Shown: positions 11,400-25,111 of the stretch, piece after piece | How the letters are laid out: every line of letters begins with the position of its first letter | Position numbering within the stretch: the stretch's first letter is position 1 | Source of the DNA: Octopus sinensis | Lineage: Eukaryota | Assembly (NCBI RefSeq): GCF_006345805.1 | Contig: NC_042998.1 | Coordinates: forward strand, 5,146,001 to 5,210,000 | Direction: 5' to 3' | Length of the DNA: 64,000 bases | Notes under the pieces: generated by a model | What the model saw: only the letters and a program-made list of their open reading frames with translations | The model's database searches: none | What the model was told of the DNA's origin: nothing | Program-made: the position numbers and the translations under genes

Positions 11400-14130
11400 G
11401 GAATTTAAATGAAACATTTCTTTTCCTGTAGCCCTTGACAACAATACCTGGACGGTTAGTTTCTCTAGTCTGTGTGTATTGGCATATCTTAAGGGAATGG
11501 TTGTTTTGATATTCTCGTAGACCTTATCTGGTGTATACCATCTCTTTTTATTTCAGTGTTTCATAGCGTTAGCATAATTTCTAATAAGCGTAATCCTAAA
11601 TCAGTCATGTTTGAGTATGTATACTCTCTTAACTAAGACGGAGTAGCCATAGAAGTCAATTCTTTCTCCTTCCCACGTATTCTGTAGTTAGTACAGTCTG
11701 CTTAATCAAATACTTTTGCTACCTTTTGGTGGAGTGCCTTTGGTTATTTGTGCAATCAAGAAAGCTTTAGTTTCTTCTTTCAGCCACCTACTTTTCGGCC
11801 ATTGTTAAGAGTCTTCGTTGGTACTTCAGCTCTGTTTAGTTTTTTCACTATTTTTACTACCAGAGTTTTACGTACCTACATTTTATTATGGACTGTTTTA
11901 TAGTATTTTAAGAACATTAATGTTCTTAAAAATTACCGATTTTCAAGTTGTCTTGATGTGTTTTTCTGAATGAATAACTTCAAATACTTAAAATCCCTAA
12001 AGTATTCGTGGTAGTAATTCTATTTTCGGCATGTGTGGGATTTTGTTCTATATCCGCAATCTACATCTTCAGATCATCCATTTACAAAAGATAGTTCCTT
12101 ATACACAGAACAGTATTTTTATCTGACGACTCCTTGGTTTAACATGTCGGCTTAAAATGCACCAAGAACAAACGGAGAATATATTTCCCAATACAGATAA
12201 TATAATATAATATTTTTGGTTGTTTTTTTAGTCTCTACAACCATATTTGCTCTTTACTGCGGATTGCTTTAAAGTATATGATTATTATCGGTCCTAACTT
12301 GTTCATGTCTAAGGCTTCCAGTACCCAATTGCAGGAACCACTGGCAAAAGCCTTCGAGTTGGCAATCTATGCTATATTCAAAATCTTCCTTCCACTTCAA
12401 CAGTCTTCGATTCATGTTTTTCTTGATCAGCTCCTGTTATTTACAACTCTAAGAAACTTTCAGCATCGCTTCAATTCTTCAGAAAATATTTTTTTCCATC
12501 TACTTGTTCAACCACTACAATATTAATGCATTTAAGACTTTGTAAACCATAGGAAGCCATGTTATGGATCTGCAGTTTTTTAGGATTTACTGCTTCTTTA
12601 GTCATGGAAATTAAGATGCTTTCTCCCTCACTGAGCAAGACATGTTCTTTTTTAGCTTTGTTAATAATTTTGCTAGCGATTTATGGGCGCTTCTTAAACA
12701 TTTCAACCAGGCTTTTAGAATTTTATAACATCCTTCTACCTTCCAGGTTGTTTCTTCTTTTTTGTTTTTGTCTTTTTGTGAAGCGGACTACGCTACATTG
12801 TAAATCATATGCTTTCCTACCTAAGATGATTATTAGTGTGTGTTTTTGTTTCGAACTCACTCGTCCCTGCTTTTATTCCTTCGTTGTCCTTCTGTCTCTT
12901 CAGTGCTCTCCATCTTCTCTTGCTCTCCATCTTCTCTTGCAGTCTCTCTGATTTGATTTTAATTTCCTTTTTAACTGGCTTTTGATCAAATAATCTCGAG
13001 TCGAACTGTGTATTTTGTTCAAAGATTCGTTATCGCTCTTCAAAACGACAGAGTCTTTGAAATAAAACAAGGAAATATTGCTACAAGCGTTCTTTCATTT
13101 CTTGTAAATTTTTTATTTGATGATATTTCTTTAGTATTTGTATCTTCCTAATTTTCAATTCTGACAATTCGTTATTGATTTCATTAAGTATTGAGTGAAC
13201 AACATTTAAAAAGTTATTTTTTTTTTGTTTTGTATTTCTCGATGTGGATAATGAATATTTCACATTACAGGCATGATATTCCTAAATGAGTATATTCCTA
13301 GGGAGTACCACTTTTCTTCCTAAATTTCGCTACCCCTGGATAAATTATTTTGCCTGTTCTGAAACGTTTTCATTAAGTCTTCGATAACCAGTCAAGTGTT
13401 GTTTTTGATATGTTCTCATAATATTTTATTCCTGTCACATGCTTCCTATGCGTCAGCGGAAGAACTGGCGTTCACGTTTATTTAGCTGGACCCAGTTTTA
13501 GGTTTTGTAATATACACCAACTTCCCATCTGCGCAATTTTCTATTCTTAAATCTTTCTCATATTACTTTCTATTCATAGTATTAACTTACGTGAGTTGTT
13601 CTGGTTCTGGTTTTCTTGATCATTTACTGCATATGTTCTAGGATTTTATACTATTTTTTTATCTTTTAAGTTCTTTGTTTTTCACATGGTAGATTTATCT
13701 TTGTGGCTTAGCTTCTTTTCATTACCAATCTCTTTGCTTTCCTCCAATGTTTTGCGTTTTCGTTATCTAATGTCTATTTTAAAACCTATTTGTACGGCTG
13801 ATATTCTTTAGATTTTCAGAGTGTATTTTCTTAATTTAGCAAGCCTATCGAGATCCAAGTTAGTCTTATATAATAATTATTGGTCGCCATACTTGGTACA
13901 AAAATATCGTAATTTCATTTCAAAAATTATTTTTGCACCGTGTAAAGCTGGAAAATACGCACCTGTTATGAAAACGTATTCCTATGGTGTCTATTTTTCA
14001 TTTTCTGCTTTATTTGTGAATAACAAAATCAGGTGCTTTATAAAGATTATCATTTTCATCGATTTCCAGTATGTTTATTTGTGATGACGTAAGGTTCTGA
14101 ATGTTCCATCCGTCGCAAATTCATCTACCA
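11400..14130 (-). mobile_element. Highly degenerate R4/Dong-clade (RLE-type) non-LTR element
   Basis: Minus-strand remnants such as RWYTPDKVYEN...DMPIHTD..NRP (pre-RLE motif) at about 11450-11545 and KAKKEHVLLSEGE at about 12620-12660; many stops; boundaries approximate. Confidence 0.55.
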
Positions 14131-14327
14131 AATTCAAGATATGCATTTCTCTTATAGTCTTGAGCTTAGTTATACGATTTTGAAATGTACTGCTTATTAT
14201 TTTATCCCCATTAGCTTACTCACATTTGTTTCTAATCACCCATCATTAAAAATATTTACTATATTATATTCATATGAGCTAAAAATTGCAGTAAAGCTTC
14301 AAAATAAATTAATGTATTTCTTATACA

Positions 14328-14738
14328 GGCGCAGGAGTGGGTGTGTGGTAAGTAGCTTGTTTACCAACTACATGGTTCCGGGTTCAGTCCCACTGCGTGG
14401 CATCTTGGGCAAATGTCTTTTGCTATAGCCTCGGGCCGACCAATGACTTGTGAGTGGATTTGGTAGACGGAAACTGAAAGAAGCCCGTCGTATATATATA
14501 TATATATGTGTGTGTGTGTATGTGTTTGTGTGTCTGTGTTTGTCCCCCTAGCATTGCTTGACAACCAATGCTGGTGTGTTTACGTCCCCGTCAATCAGCG
14601 GTTCGGCAAAAGAGACCGATAGAATAAGTACTGGGCTTACAAAAAGAATAAGTCCCGGGGTCGAGTTGCTCGATTAAAGGCGGTGCTCCAGCATGGCCGC
14701 AGTCAAATGACTGAAACAATTAAAAGAGTAAAAGAGTA
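14328..14738 (+). mobile_element. tRNA-derived SINE family B with internal (TA)n(TG)n and (AAAGAGT)n tail
   Basis: Head GGCGCAGGAGTGG..TGTGGTAAG, B box GGTTCAGTCCC, CORE-like cttgggcaaatgtctt, 3' body ...gcatggccgcagtcaaatgactgaaac and tail taaaagagtaaaagagta; at least six homologues in the window. Confidence 0.9.
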
Positions 14739-14961
14739 TATCTTTGAATACGTTCATCATTCTTCTCCATTTGATTCGTTGTTATTTAACAAGTGCTAAT
14801 AGATATATTCGGCGCAAAGGAATAACATTCTGTCGTTCTGTTATGACACGTTGACCACCTTCGTTATTGAAATTCCCTTAGTACTTTCATGTTAAAAGTG
14901 CTCTTGTATAGTCTGTAAAATATCTTCCGGCGTTTTCTCTTATCATTATCTGATAGGTATA

Positions 14962-15025
14962 AGGCGGCAAGCTGGCACAATAGTTAGCACGCCGGGCGCA
15001 ATGCTTAGCAGCATTTCGTCCGTCT
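14962..15025 (+). mobile_element. SINE family A head fragment
   Basis: aaggcggcaagctggcacaatagttagcacgccgggcgcaatgcttagcagcatttcgtc. Confidence 0.75.
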
Positions 15026-15411
15026 TCCCATCAAGTAAAATAGGTAGGTTGGTAATCCTTCATACGTAAACATCGTTATAGGAAAGAAGAGAAAATGGTC
15101 TTCGCCGTTGTATCATCGACATTGTTCCTGAGCTCACTGTATCTGTATAGCGGAAGAATGTTTAAAAAATTCATTGTACTAAAATGATGATATTTTGCGA
15201 TGGTATACCTTCAATATTAGCGCTTAAGCAGTATATCTGCACTAATATGCAGTCTTATTGTTTTTGTATGGTTACATCTAAATCTTAGGTCAACATGGAT
15301 TGTTCAGCTCTAAGCTGAAAGGTATACCATCCGTGATGATTGTTCTGTTTAAAGGTAACAGGCTACACTATGTAAAGTGCCAGACCTTTTTTAAAAAGAG
15401 CTATGGTGTGA

Positions 15412-15725
15412 TTTGTGGTGGCGCAATGGCCCAATGGTGAGGGCAGCGGACACGCGGTTGGAGGATCGCGGTTTCGATTCCCAGACTCCCAGACCGAGTG
15501 TTGTGTGTTTATTGAGCGAAAACACCCAAAAGCTTCCTGAGGTTCCAACAGGGGATGGTGGTGACCCCTGTTGTACTCTTTCGCCCCAACTTTCTCTCAC
15601 CCTCTCTTCCTGTTTCTTGAGTAACGCTGCAATGGACTGGCGTCCTGTCCAGCTGGGGGGAACACAAACGCCACAGAACCGGGAAACCGGGCCCATGAGC
15701 TTGGCTAGGCTTGAGAAGGGCGACG
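15412..15725 (+). mobile_element. tRNA-derived SINE family C
   Basis: A box TGGCCCAATGG and B box GGTTTCGATTCCC. The internal gctgcaatggactggcgtcctgtccag block is reminiscent of conserved SINE central domains; the domain name is not assigned. Confidence 0.75.
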
Positions 15726-16384
15726 AAAAACGAAAAAATGGTGCGATTCGAAAGAAATAGAGCTGCTATATTCAACAGGTGTAGTTACTACGAGCCGCCT
15801 CTCTCCCCCACTCTACCTCTCTCTTTCTCTATCTCTCTCTCTCGACTCTGGAATCTTTCACTATTTGTCGCATTACTTTCTCCAACATATCGATCCATCA
15901 CATCTCTTTCTTCTCACTCTCCGTCCCTTCTTCCCCCCTTTCTCTTCATCTTCCTCATCGTCATCAACAACATCTTGCGCAAGGTTCGTTTTCATTCTTT
16001 TTCGTATTTTTTCCAACGTCTTTGGTATCTTTACGAGATTACGTTCCTCAAAATTAATTGTTACATGTAATCTTATGACTCACTGTTAGCAATCGAGTGC
16101 TCTTAATGCTGTGCCTGTTTCAAGAGAAATAGCATTTTGGAGCTGTTCCAAAATTTATTTCTACTTCTAGACATTTTCTAAACTGTTTTCTATATTTGTT
16201 AAACGCATCTAGTACTTCAATCGTCACGAGAAAGTCTCTTTTTTTCTATTATTCACGATTTTCTTTCGATTCTCTTTTCATTTACTATTGCTTTTTATAT
16301 CTAGAGTAGCTGTATTTTTTCTCTCCTTTCCTCCCACCACAACTCCGGAACATCTGTGTTGAAGTACATGATTTTATTTATTCA

Positions 16385-16430
16385 ACAGAAAGCTATTATT
16401 AATATTATTATTATTATTTTATTATTATTA

Positions 16431-16472
<42 letters not shown>

Positions 16473-16484
16473 TATCACCACCAC

Positions 16485-16529
<45 letters not shown>

Positions 16530-16535
16530 TATCAT
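16385..16535. repeat. (ATT)n-(CAT)n trinucleotide microsatellite
   Basis: Seen directly; abuts the 3' end of the R4-like fragment. Confidence 0.9.
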
Positions 16536-17770
16536 TATCATCTCTTTATCACAGGGTTTGTTGGAGCTCTTTGGAGTCTTCGATGCGTAGCAGGCTTACT
16601 AACTGTAGCCAACGGTGCCATGTTATGTAATACTTTCTTGGTTATTCTGGTCGTGTCATTAAGGCAAACTTTTTGTAACAGTTCTACTGGAGAAAATCCG
16701 CACAGACTGGACTAGACTGTCCAGTTGTGCCTCAGTTTTTGTGAATGGCTTCAGTTCGTCCATGAATAGCAAGTGGTTTAGTTTTCCCATATCTCTTCCC
16801 AGATCATACCCCAACTTTGTTTTCTGGAGTATTTCACTCGGGGGGATCATTCCCAGCACGAATATCAGTGGGGATACCTTGTTTCCTTGAATGATCGCTC
16901 TCTTGATTTTGACCTTCCCAGCTGTCAAATCCGTTCTCCAGTATTCATGCCATTCCGTATAAGGCTTTTCATTTTCTCTGTTTCCATACATTTCCATTCT
17001 TCTTATTATCCAAGAGCGTGGTATCATATTGTATGCATTGCGGTAATCAACCCATTCCATGCTCGGATTTCTATGTCTTTTCTTGCAGTTCCTGATAATT
17101 AGATTATCAATTAAAATCTTTCCCATCGTTCCCCGGCTCCTTTTTCGGCACCCTTTCTGTTCGATTCGTAGCAGCCCACTTTTTTCCAAGTATCTGCACA
17201 TTTCCCCGGCCAATGCACCTGACATCAGTTTCCACATTAGTAGAGACTCGTTATTGGTCCAAAGTTGCATGCAACATTTCCCTTTTCAGGATCCTTGCCA
17301 CATAACAATGTCTTTCCTTTTGCCGTCCAGTTGGGTACTGCGCCTTCATGTTACCACTCAACTAGCTATTGTGCTATCCTTTTATTGAACCTTGTCAGCT
17401 TCATCATCCAGAACACTATCCGGTCCTGGGCTCATCCAATTTGGTAATTTTCTTAACTGCTTTTTTTATCATTTCTGTAGTTATATTTATACTTCATAGC
17501 CTTCTATATTTCTTAACCTGTCTTTGGTTTTCATGCAGCCACTCCGCTTCATCATTGTGCTCTACATGTTGGTCCCAGATCTCTCTCCAGAATGCCTTGC
17601 TCTCATCTGCATCTGGTATCCTTGAGACGTGTGATTACCCATCTAGTTCCTGAAAGAGTAGCACATTGTAGCCCCAATTATAGCTTAGATTTTTAATTTT
17701 TTTCACCATTTCTGTTGCCCTTTCTCCGTTTTATTCACGGCTATTTTATTGCAGCTTTTTTTTTATATAT
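16536..17770 (-). mobile_element. R4/Dong-clade non-LTR relic, internally deleted
   Basis: ORF 16659-17270 contains EQKGCRKRSRG...LIDN...WVDYRNAYNMIPRSWI and LNHLLFMDELK, the R4-type RT signature; the ORF-end-like RITKKVL lies near 16630-16650. Confidence 0.8.
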
Positions 17771-17891
17771 TTTTATATTTTTAGTTTTCTTGAACACAGA
17801 TCATAGGTCTTGGCTTTGTTCATGTTTCGTAGATGCTTGAATTAATTTTTCATGATACTATGCTAGGCATTTTTAACTATATTTCTTCTGC

Positions 17892-18086
17892 TATTCTTTT
17901 ACTTGTTTCAATCATTCGACTGCGGCTATGCTGGAGTACTGCCTTTAGTCGAACAAATCGATCCCAGGACCTCTGTAACCCTAGTACTTATTTTATCGTT
18001 GTCTTTTGCCGAACCGCTAAGTTACAGGGACGTAAACACACCAACATCTGTTGTCAAGCGATGGTGAAGGGGACAAACACGGACAT

Positions 18087-18134
<48 letters not shown>

Positions 18135-18288
18135 CGAGCTTCTTTTAATTTCCATCTGCTAAATCCACTCAGAAGTCTTTGGTCAACCCGAGGTTATTGT
18201 AGTAGACACTGGACCATGGAGCCACACAGTGGGACTGAACCCGCAACCGTGTGGTTGGGAAGCAAGCTTCTTATCACACAGCCGCGCC
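17892..18288 (-). mobile_element. SINE family B (diverged)
   Basis: Reverse-complement homologue of 14328-14738. Confidence 0.85.
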
Positions 18289-18510
18289 TGTGAATATTTT
18301 GTAATAATTTTCTACTTGTATATACCTCTACCGATTTCTCTTTATACTAAATATAGCCTTTCAATGTTGTATTCTGGGTAAAGTGTTGTAAAAGAGTTAA
18401 TACTGTTCTTGTTTCCCTGTCTCGTCTAATAAATGTGTTTAGTTCAACTGAAAATAACACTCTGAGACCTACTGATAAGGCATTTATAGTATTGCTACCT
18501 GTTATTATTT

Positions 18511-18707
18511 TATGCTTTAACTTGCTTCAATCATTTGACTGTGACCAAGCTGAGGCACTGCTTTTAGTCGAACAAATCGACCCAGGGCTTATTCTTTGTA
18601 AGCCGAGTACTTCTTCTATCGGTCTCTTTTGTTGAACCGCTAAGTTACGGGGACATAAACACACCAGCATCGGTTGTCGAGCGATGGTTGAGAGACAAAC
18701 ACAGACA

Positions 18708-18751
<44 letters not shown>

Positions 18752-18760
18752 TTACATACC

Positions 18761-18838
<78 letters not shown>

Positions 18839-19023
18839 CGACGGGTCTCTTTCAGTTTCCACCTACCAAATCCCCTCAGAATGCTTTGGTCGGCCCGAAG
18901 CTATAGAAGAAAACACTTGCGCAAGATGCCTCGCAGAGAGACTGAACCCGGAACCATGTCATTATGAAGTAAGCTACGTACCACACAGCGACGCCTGCGC
19001 GTGTACACGGCCACGCCTGCGCC
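18511..19023 (-). mobile_element. SINE family B (diverged, expanded internal microsatellite)
   Basis: Reverse-complement homologue of 14328-14738; short duplication of cacgcctgcgc at the head. Confidence 0.85.
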
Positions 19024-19049
19024 TATTAACGTATGTTTTGCATTTAGCT

Positions 19050-20460
19050 TTGCTTTAAGTATTAATCTGATGCGTCCAAATTATTCGTTTTTATTCTGTT
19101 CTGTCATTTGTGTGTATTGTAAATAATCTAGTTCATTGTCAACCAATTATTTTATTTGTCTGTGTTTAGGTAATCCTTGGGTAATCTAAGTTCCCTTCTC
19201 TAGTATAATACTATTACTCTAAATTTATTTTCCTCTTTTCAAGTTTGCTTTGGTGCTTTTTTCTAATCCGAATTTCATAAATATTTCTTTACTAAATCTG
19301 TGTATCGCTTGCATTATTGTTTTGAATTGCAACATAGAACTTGAATTCATTCATATGCGAAAGATGTTTCATTCTCATACCACAACATTTGAATCAACAT
19401 CCAATTCGGTTTAGCTTGTCGGCCAAGCACACCGGTGCCAGACAGAGGAGTGGCGAGAGGAAGTCTCTTGGAATATTTTTCTTCTGGAAAAGAGTTTAAT
19501 TTTTACAATTTCCTTTTCTATCTGCCATTGCAAAACTGTTTCACATTTACTCGTAGGTGCTATGTATTTTCTTATTATTGGTACCACCCTATTCCTGGCT
19601 AGTTCTTCTGTAATCGTTTGTGGAAGATACTATCCAAAGAAGATACTATCCAGTATCCAATCTACGACGTGCTGAAGCCCTTCTTTTTCCGTCGATAGAT
19701 TTTGACTATCGTTTGCTGATCAATAACTGATCTTTACATGTTGTCTTCTCCGTATTTGTTCACTTTCTGCGATATCATTGCAGCTAAGGCTTTATAGATT
19801 ATAGATTATCGGTTATCGGAGGACATATAACAGGTTATATTGATTCTTTTGCAGGTGTGTTACTGAGGTTGCATTTTAAGTGTTGTCGGGTGGAATATAT
19901 TTTGAGACGTCTCTATAATTATTTTCGTTGGACTTCTATACTGCAGTGAAGATGTTTGGCAACTGAGGAGTTGATGAAATTTGCAAAACTTGATTCTGTT
20001 TCTTAAGGGTTTTTGAGATTTTTCTTTTTCCTTTGATGCTTGCAGAAGAGTTTTTGCTTTCTCCATTGACAAATGCGTATGATGCATTCTTTTTCATGCT
20101 GTTTTATAATTCAGTTAATCCTTGGCAGGCAATTTCGTTGATCTAAACGCAGATCTTCAATTGTTTAAATTATTTAATTTTCACCTTTAGATTGTTATCG
20201 TCAGGATTCTCGCCTTTAGAATATTCTATTCTCAAATCTTCGTTGCGTCCCCTTTTCTTCATATCATTGTTTGTGCTTTCCTATGTTTTGTATTATTAAG
20301 AATTATTATGTTAGTGATCAAGGCTTTTGTTTCGTGGTTTTTGTTTGTCCTTTGTTACAATTTGGTTTACTTTCCACATCTTAGTTCTGTATTCAAGGGT
20401 TTCGCTTCCAATGTTTTCCATTTTGTCTTTTGCTTTGTGTTAGTTTCTTGTAATTTTGTC
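19050..20460 (-). mobile_element. Very degenerate non-LTR element remnant, probably R4-like
   Basis: Coding-like purine-rich minus strand resembling the 11.4-14.1 kb relic; no intact motif. Confidence 0.3.
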
Positions 20461-20797
20461 TTGTATTCTCTATAATACAATCAGTTGATCATCATCATCA
20501 TCGTCATAAAAAATAACATCAACTACTACTACTACTACTACTGCTACTACTGATGCTGCTGCTAATACTACTTCTATCAAATACCGTACGATCAATGCAA
20601 CGTACAATTTTGGATTAGCCCATAGGCTATTGAAATACTCATAAGGGTTAAATACTCTGTATACATTACCTGAATATTTCACTGGATGAACTTCGGTACC
20701 CAGTATATATATTCCACTAAAAGTGCTGTTTACAAGTTAATTCGACTCAACCTGGTGCCTATCATTTAAGTACCTTTAAGTACTAAAATGATATACA

Positions 20798-20829
<32 letters not shown>

Positions 20830-20844
20830 TGTGTGTGTGTGTGT

Positions 20845-21160
20845 ATACAGCCTTCCATCATCTATCTTTTCTGCCCACTATTCCTGAGAGGTTGATGAAC
20901 GTAAAGCCCTCAAGTACCTCTTCCATAAGGTCCTACTAGATGCAATCTACATTAGACTCACAGGCTGAATTCCCAAGTGCGTAAACAGAGAATATTGATA
21001 TCTCTCTCGTTCTTGGTCTACTCTTAAGTCTCCTGCTGGCAAGCTCGTCTCGAAGAATCCGTCTTGCAATTCTTTCCTGCGACATTTTAATCACATGTCC
21101 CTAGTACCGAAGTTGTAACCTCTCAACGCGGAGATGCAGCATCTCAACCCGAAGAGACGT
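20845..21160 (-). mobile_element. RTE-clade LINE 3' fragment
   Basis: Minus-strand translation RVERLQLRY*GHVIKMSQERIARRIL...RRLKSRPRTR matches the RTE post-RT motif (WxGHVxRM...RxxGRPR). Confidence 0.6.
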
Positions 21161-21789
21161 CTGAACGACTAACGTCAGAGGGACCCCATTTCGGCCACGC
21201 GTACTCTCTCTCTCTCCCTGTTTCTTTGTCTGTTTCTCTCTCTCTCCTTCTCTCTCTTTCTCTCCCTATATTTCTTTCCTTCCCTCAACCTCCCTCTCTC
21301 TCCATTTTTCCCTCTCTCTCCCGGTTTCTCTTTTCTTTTCTCTCATTCCTTTCTTCTCTTTCCTCCCCCTCTCTCTCTATATATATATATATTTAATGAA
21401 AGCATTTATCACAGTATTCAACATATTTCGATAGCCACTTTCAGGGGCGATTGAAGAAAATACCCAATACTATCGGTGTACAAATGAAATCAGAAATACT
21501 CGGTCCCACATATATTCAAAATCTGGCTTTTATTTACTTCTTCATTACATGCTTTTATAAAATAATCCCGAAATTTCTTTGACTTACACCATCGTGTCTT
21601 AAAAAAAAAAGAGTAAAAACTCTTTGGATGCTGCGGCCTTATAATACAGAACGTCTGAAAGGAAAGCTGGCAGAGTCATTTCATGGCTACGTTGTGTTTG
21701 AACTGACGTCTGCTCAATCATAACTTAACCTAGAGTTAAGCAACACTTCATCTTGCAACAACTGCTATCGATTAAATCCGTCTAATTCG

Positions 21790-21945
21790 ATTGACGAACA
21801 ACGAGAGAAATGTTAATGTTGACGATGCCGACGGCGGCGACAGTGGTCTTGATAAAGATGATGATGATGGTGGTGGCGGTGGTGGTGATGGTGGTGGTGG
21901 TGGCGGTGGTGGTGGCGGCGGTTGTGGTGGTGGTAGTGGTGGCGT

Positions 21946-21978
<33 letters not shown>

Positions 21979-22215
21979 CGATGACGATGCTGATCATGGT
22001 GGTGGTGATGATGATGATGAAGATGGTGGTGGTGATGAAGATGGTGGTGGTGATGATGATGGTGGTGGTGATGAAGATGGTGGTGGTGGTGATGATGATG
22101 GTGGTGGTGATGAAGATGATGATGATGGTGGTGGTGGTAGTGGTGAGGATGATGATGATGATGATGATGACGATGATCATGATGATGATGATGATGATGA
22201 TGATGGTGATATTTT
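21790..22215. repeat. Compound (GAT)n/(GGT)n trinucleotide array
   Basis: Seen directly; source of the poly-D/G, poly-M/V and poly-I/T ORFs. Confidence 0.95.
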
Positions 22216-22734
22216 TTTTCATATACTTAAGCAATTCCCTGACGTATTCTGCGTATGTAGCGGTTTGTATGTGCTTATATAAATGTAAACATATAATTGT
22301 TTATCTTGCAAAATGTCGTATTACGTTAATGTGTCCTTTGAATTACATTGTTTGCGTGTAAAACGTTATCACAAGCAAACGTAGGAAATTAATATCCACA
22401 AGCGTCGTAATCAATATTATCGTTATCGTCATCATCAACAATTTACAATCCTCTTCATACATTTTGGCACCTGCTGCCAACGTCTGTAAAACAACTCTTC
22501 ACCATGCTTCGTATATGGGTCTTTATCATCAAAATACTGCTTCTTTGGAAAATTTCGATGGATATTTGGTAAGTTCTTTTGCTATGAAGAGTAAAACGTT
22601 TAAGGTTTTAGACAAACTTTTCTCACAGGAAATCAATTTATTGACCTGTACTACAAACTATTAGGATTAATTTTTGCCTCGATTTTTTTTTTTGTTTTCT
22701 TACATCTTTGACATCCACTTTTATGCAATATATA

Positions 22735-23335
22735 CCTTATTTCTTTTGCTGCCCACAAGGGGCTAAACATAGAGGGGACAAACAAGGACAGACAAACTGA
22801 TTAAGTCGATTATATCGACCGCAGTACGTAACTGGTACTTATTTAATCGACCCCGAAAGGATGAAAGGCAAAGTCGACCTCAGCGGAATTTGAACTCAGA
22901 ACGTAATGGCAGACGAAATACCTATTTCTTTACTACCCAGAAGGGGCTGAACACAGAGGAGACAAACAAGGACAGACAAACGGATTAAGTCGATTATATC
23001 GACCCCAGTGCGTAACTGGTACTTAATTTATCCACCCCGAAGGAATTAAAGGAAAAGTCGACCTCGGCGGAATTTGAACTCAACGTAGCGGCAGACGAAA
23101 TACCTATTTCTTTACTACTCACAAGGGGCTAAACGCAGAGAGGACAAACAAAGACAGACAACGGATTAAGTCAATTATATCGACCGCAGTACGTAACTGG
23201 TACTTATTTAATCGACCCCGAAAGGATGAAAGGCAAAGTCGACCGCGGCGGAATTTGAACTCAGAACGTAACGGCAGACGAAATACCGTTTGAGCATTTC
23301 GCCCGGCGTGCTAACGTTTCTGCCAGCTCGCCGCC
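22735..23335 (-). mobile_element. SINE family A tandem trimer
   Basis: Full unit 23335-23105, then headless units 23104-22923 and 22922 to about 22738. TSD ttat(g/a)caatatata at 22721-22734 and 23336-23349 (14 bp, one mismatch). Confidence 0.9.
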
Positions 23336-23798
23336 TTATACAATATATAACTGTTGGCCATTTGACCATTAATATTTTACGTGCAAGAGAATAAAAGAAA
23401 AACATAGAAAATGTAACAGAAAGACAAAAGTAAAGGTGGGACCGGTAGATTGGAGCAAGTTATTGCTATATTAGTGACAGATCTTAAGAAATCATGATCG
23501 CTGAGAGCAAAATAAATTATAAAGATAAAGGGACAGAGCAAAAGAAATATAGAGATGAGATGTACAAAAATTTGAGTAACTAGCATGAGATATAAACAAG
23601 GAAGACTTGGATTAAGGTAAAACAAGTTGTATATAAACTGGAACAAAATAATGGAAAATTATTTGAATGAAAAATATAGGAGAAAACCTTAGCTAGGGAC
23701 ATAACCAAGTGACTCTTCGGTGTGTTTTGTTTTGATCTCGTATAGACATTCTTGGAGCAAGTCTGTCGCATCTAGGCGTTCTATCAACTGTGAAACGT

Positions 23799-23987
23799 GC
23801 ACGTAGGAGTGGCTGTGTGGTAAGTAGCTTGCTAACCGACCACATGGCTCCGGGTTCAGTCCCACTGCGTGGCATCTTGGGCAAGTGTCTTCTGCTATAG
23901 CCCCGGGTCGACCAATGCCTTGTGAGTGGATTTGGTAGACGGAAACTGAAAGAAGCCTGTCGTATATGTATATATATATATATATAT

Positions 23988-24037
<50 letters not shown>

Positions 24038-24237
24038 TTGTCCCCCTAGTATTGCTTGACAACCGATGCTGGTGTGTTTACGTCCCCGTCACTTAGCGGT
24101 TCGGCAAAACCGACCGATAGAATAAGTACTGGGCTTACAAAGAATAAGTCCCGGGGTCGATTTGCTCGACTAAAGGCGGTGCTCCAGCATGGCCGCAGTC
24201 AAATGACTGAAACAAGTAAAAGAGAGAAAGAGAGATA
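23799..24237 (+). mobile_element. SINE family B
   Basis: Close homologue of 14328-14738. Confidence 0.9.
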
Positions 24238-25080
24238 CGATAAGACTGAGTAAGTAGGGATCAACTAAGGCTATTGGACAATCATAAAAACAACAGGTTT
24301 CAACATTACATTTCATATCACTGGCATTTTTTAAAGGAAAAATGCCTGTAACATCCTGCCTTTGGTTCCAACGACTTTAACTGCCACTGAAACATATATT
24401 ACCTCCTTTAAGTTCTCTTAACAGAAATCTGTACAACAAAGAGATAGTATGATGCTTATTTGAATGGGTTTTCTATAAAAGATATGAAAACGCTACTGGG
24501 AAATTCGAACGGTTACTGAATGCAAGCAATTCGTATCAGCTGGGCAGCTAAAGTAAAGATACGCCGTTTACACAGAGCTAAACACTACACAGTAACATTA
24601 AGCTTAGAGTACCAACAAATACCCAATACCACTAAGCCAGAAGCTGTGCAATTATTGAAGCATAAAACAATAACAGATTAGAAGAAAAACAACACAACTA
24701 TATTATCAGAGAGGTTTTTACTAAAAGACATGAGAAATCCAATTATATGTCCATTAGAACTGTCTTTCCCAGAGGAAATCAGTTTATGGGAAACTTGAAT
24801 AACTTCCATCCTAAAACTTTCCATTTGAGTTCAAACAACTGCTTTCTTTCATTTTCTCTCTTACCCTTACTTTCTTTCTATACTTCTCTCTTTTTTCTCT
24901 CTCTCTCTCACACTCTTTCTTTCTTTCTTTCTTTCTTTCTTTATCTAACTACCTATCTATCTATCTATCTATCTAGATAGATAGATAGATAGATAAATAG
25001 ATAGACAGATAGATACATAGAAATATACACACACACATATTACATCTATCTTTCTATCTATCTATCTGTCTGTCTATATA

Positions 25081-25111
<31 letters not shown>

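Noticed and set aside
14328-14400. tRNA-like sequences with A and B boxes (also at 15412, 9692 and 23799)
   Set aside because: They are SINE heads continuing into SINE bodies; no complete cloverleaf is evident.
21782-22361. 150-183 aa ORFs resembling Gly/Asp-rich or Met/Val-rich proteins
   Set aside because: Pure GAT/GGT trinucleotide array open in several frames; no splice signals or non-repetitive coding context.
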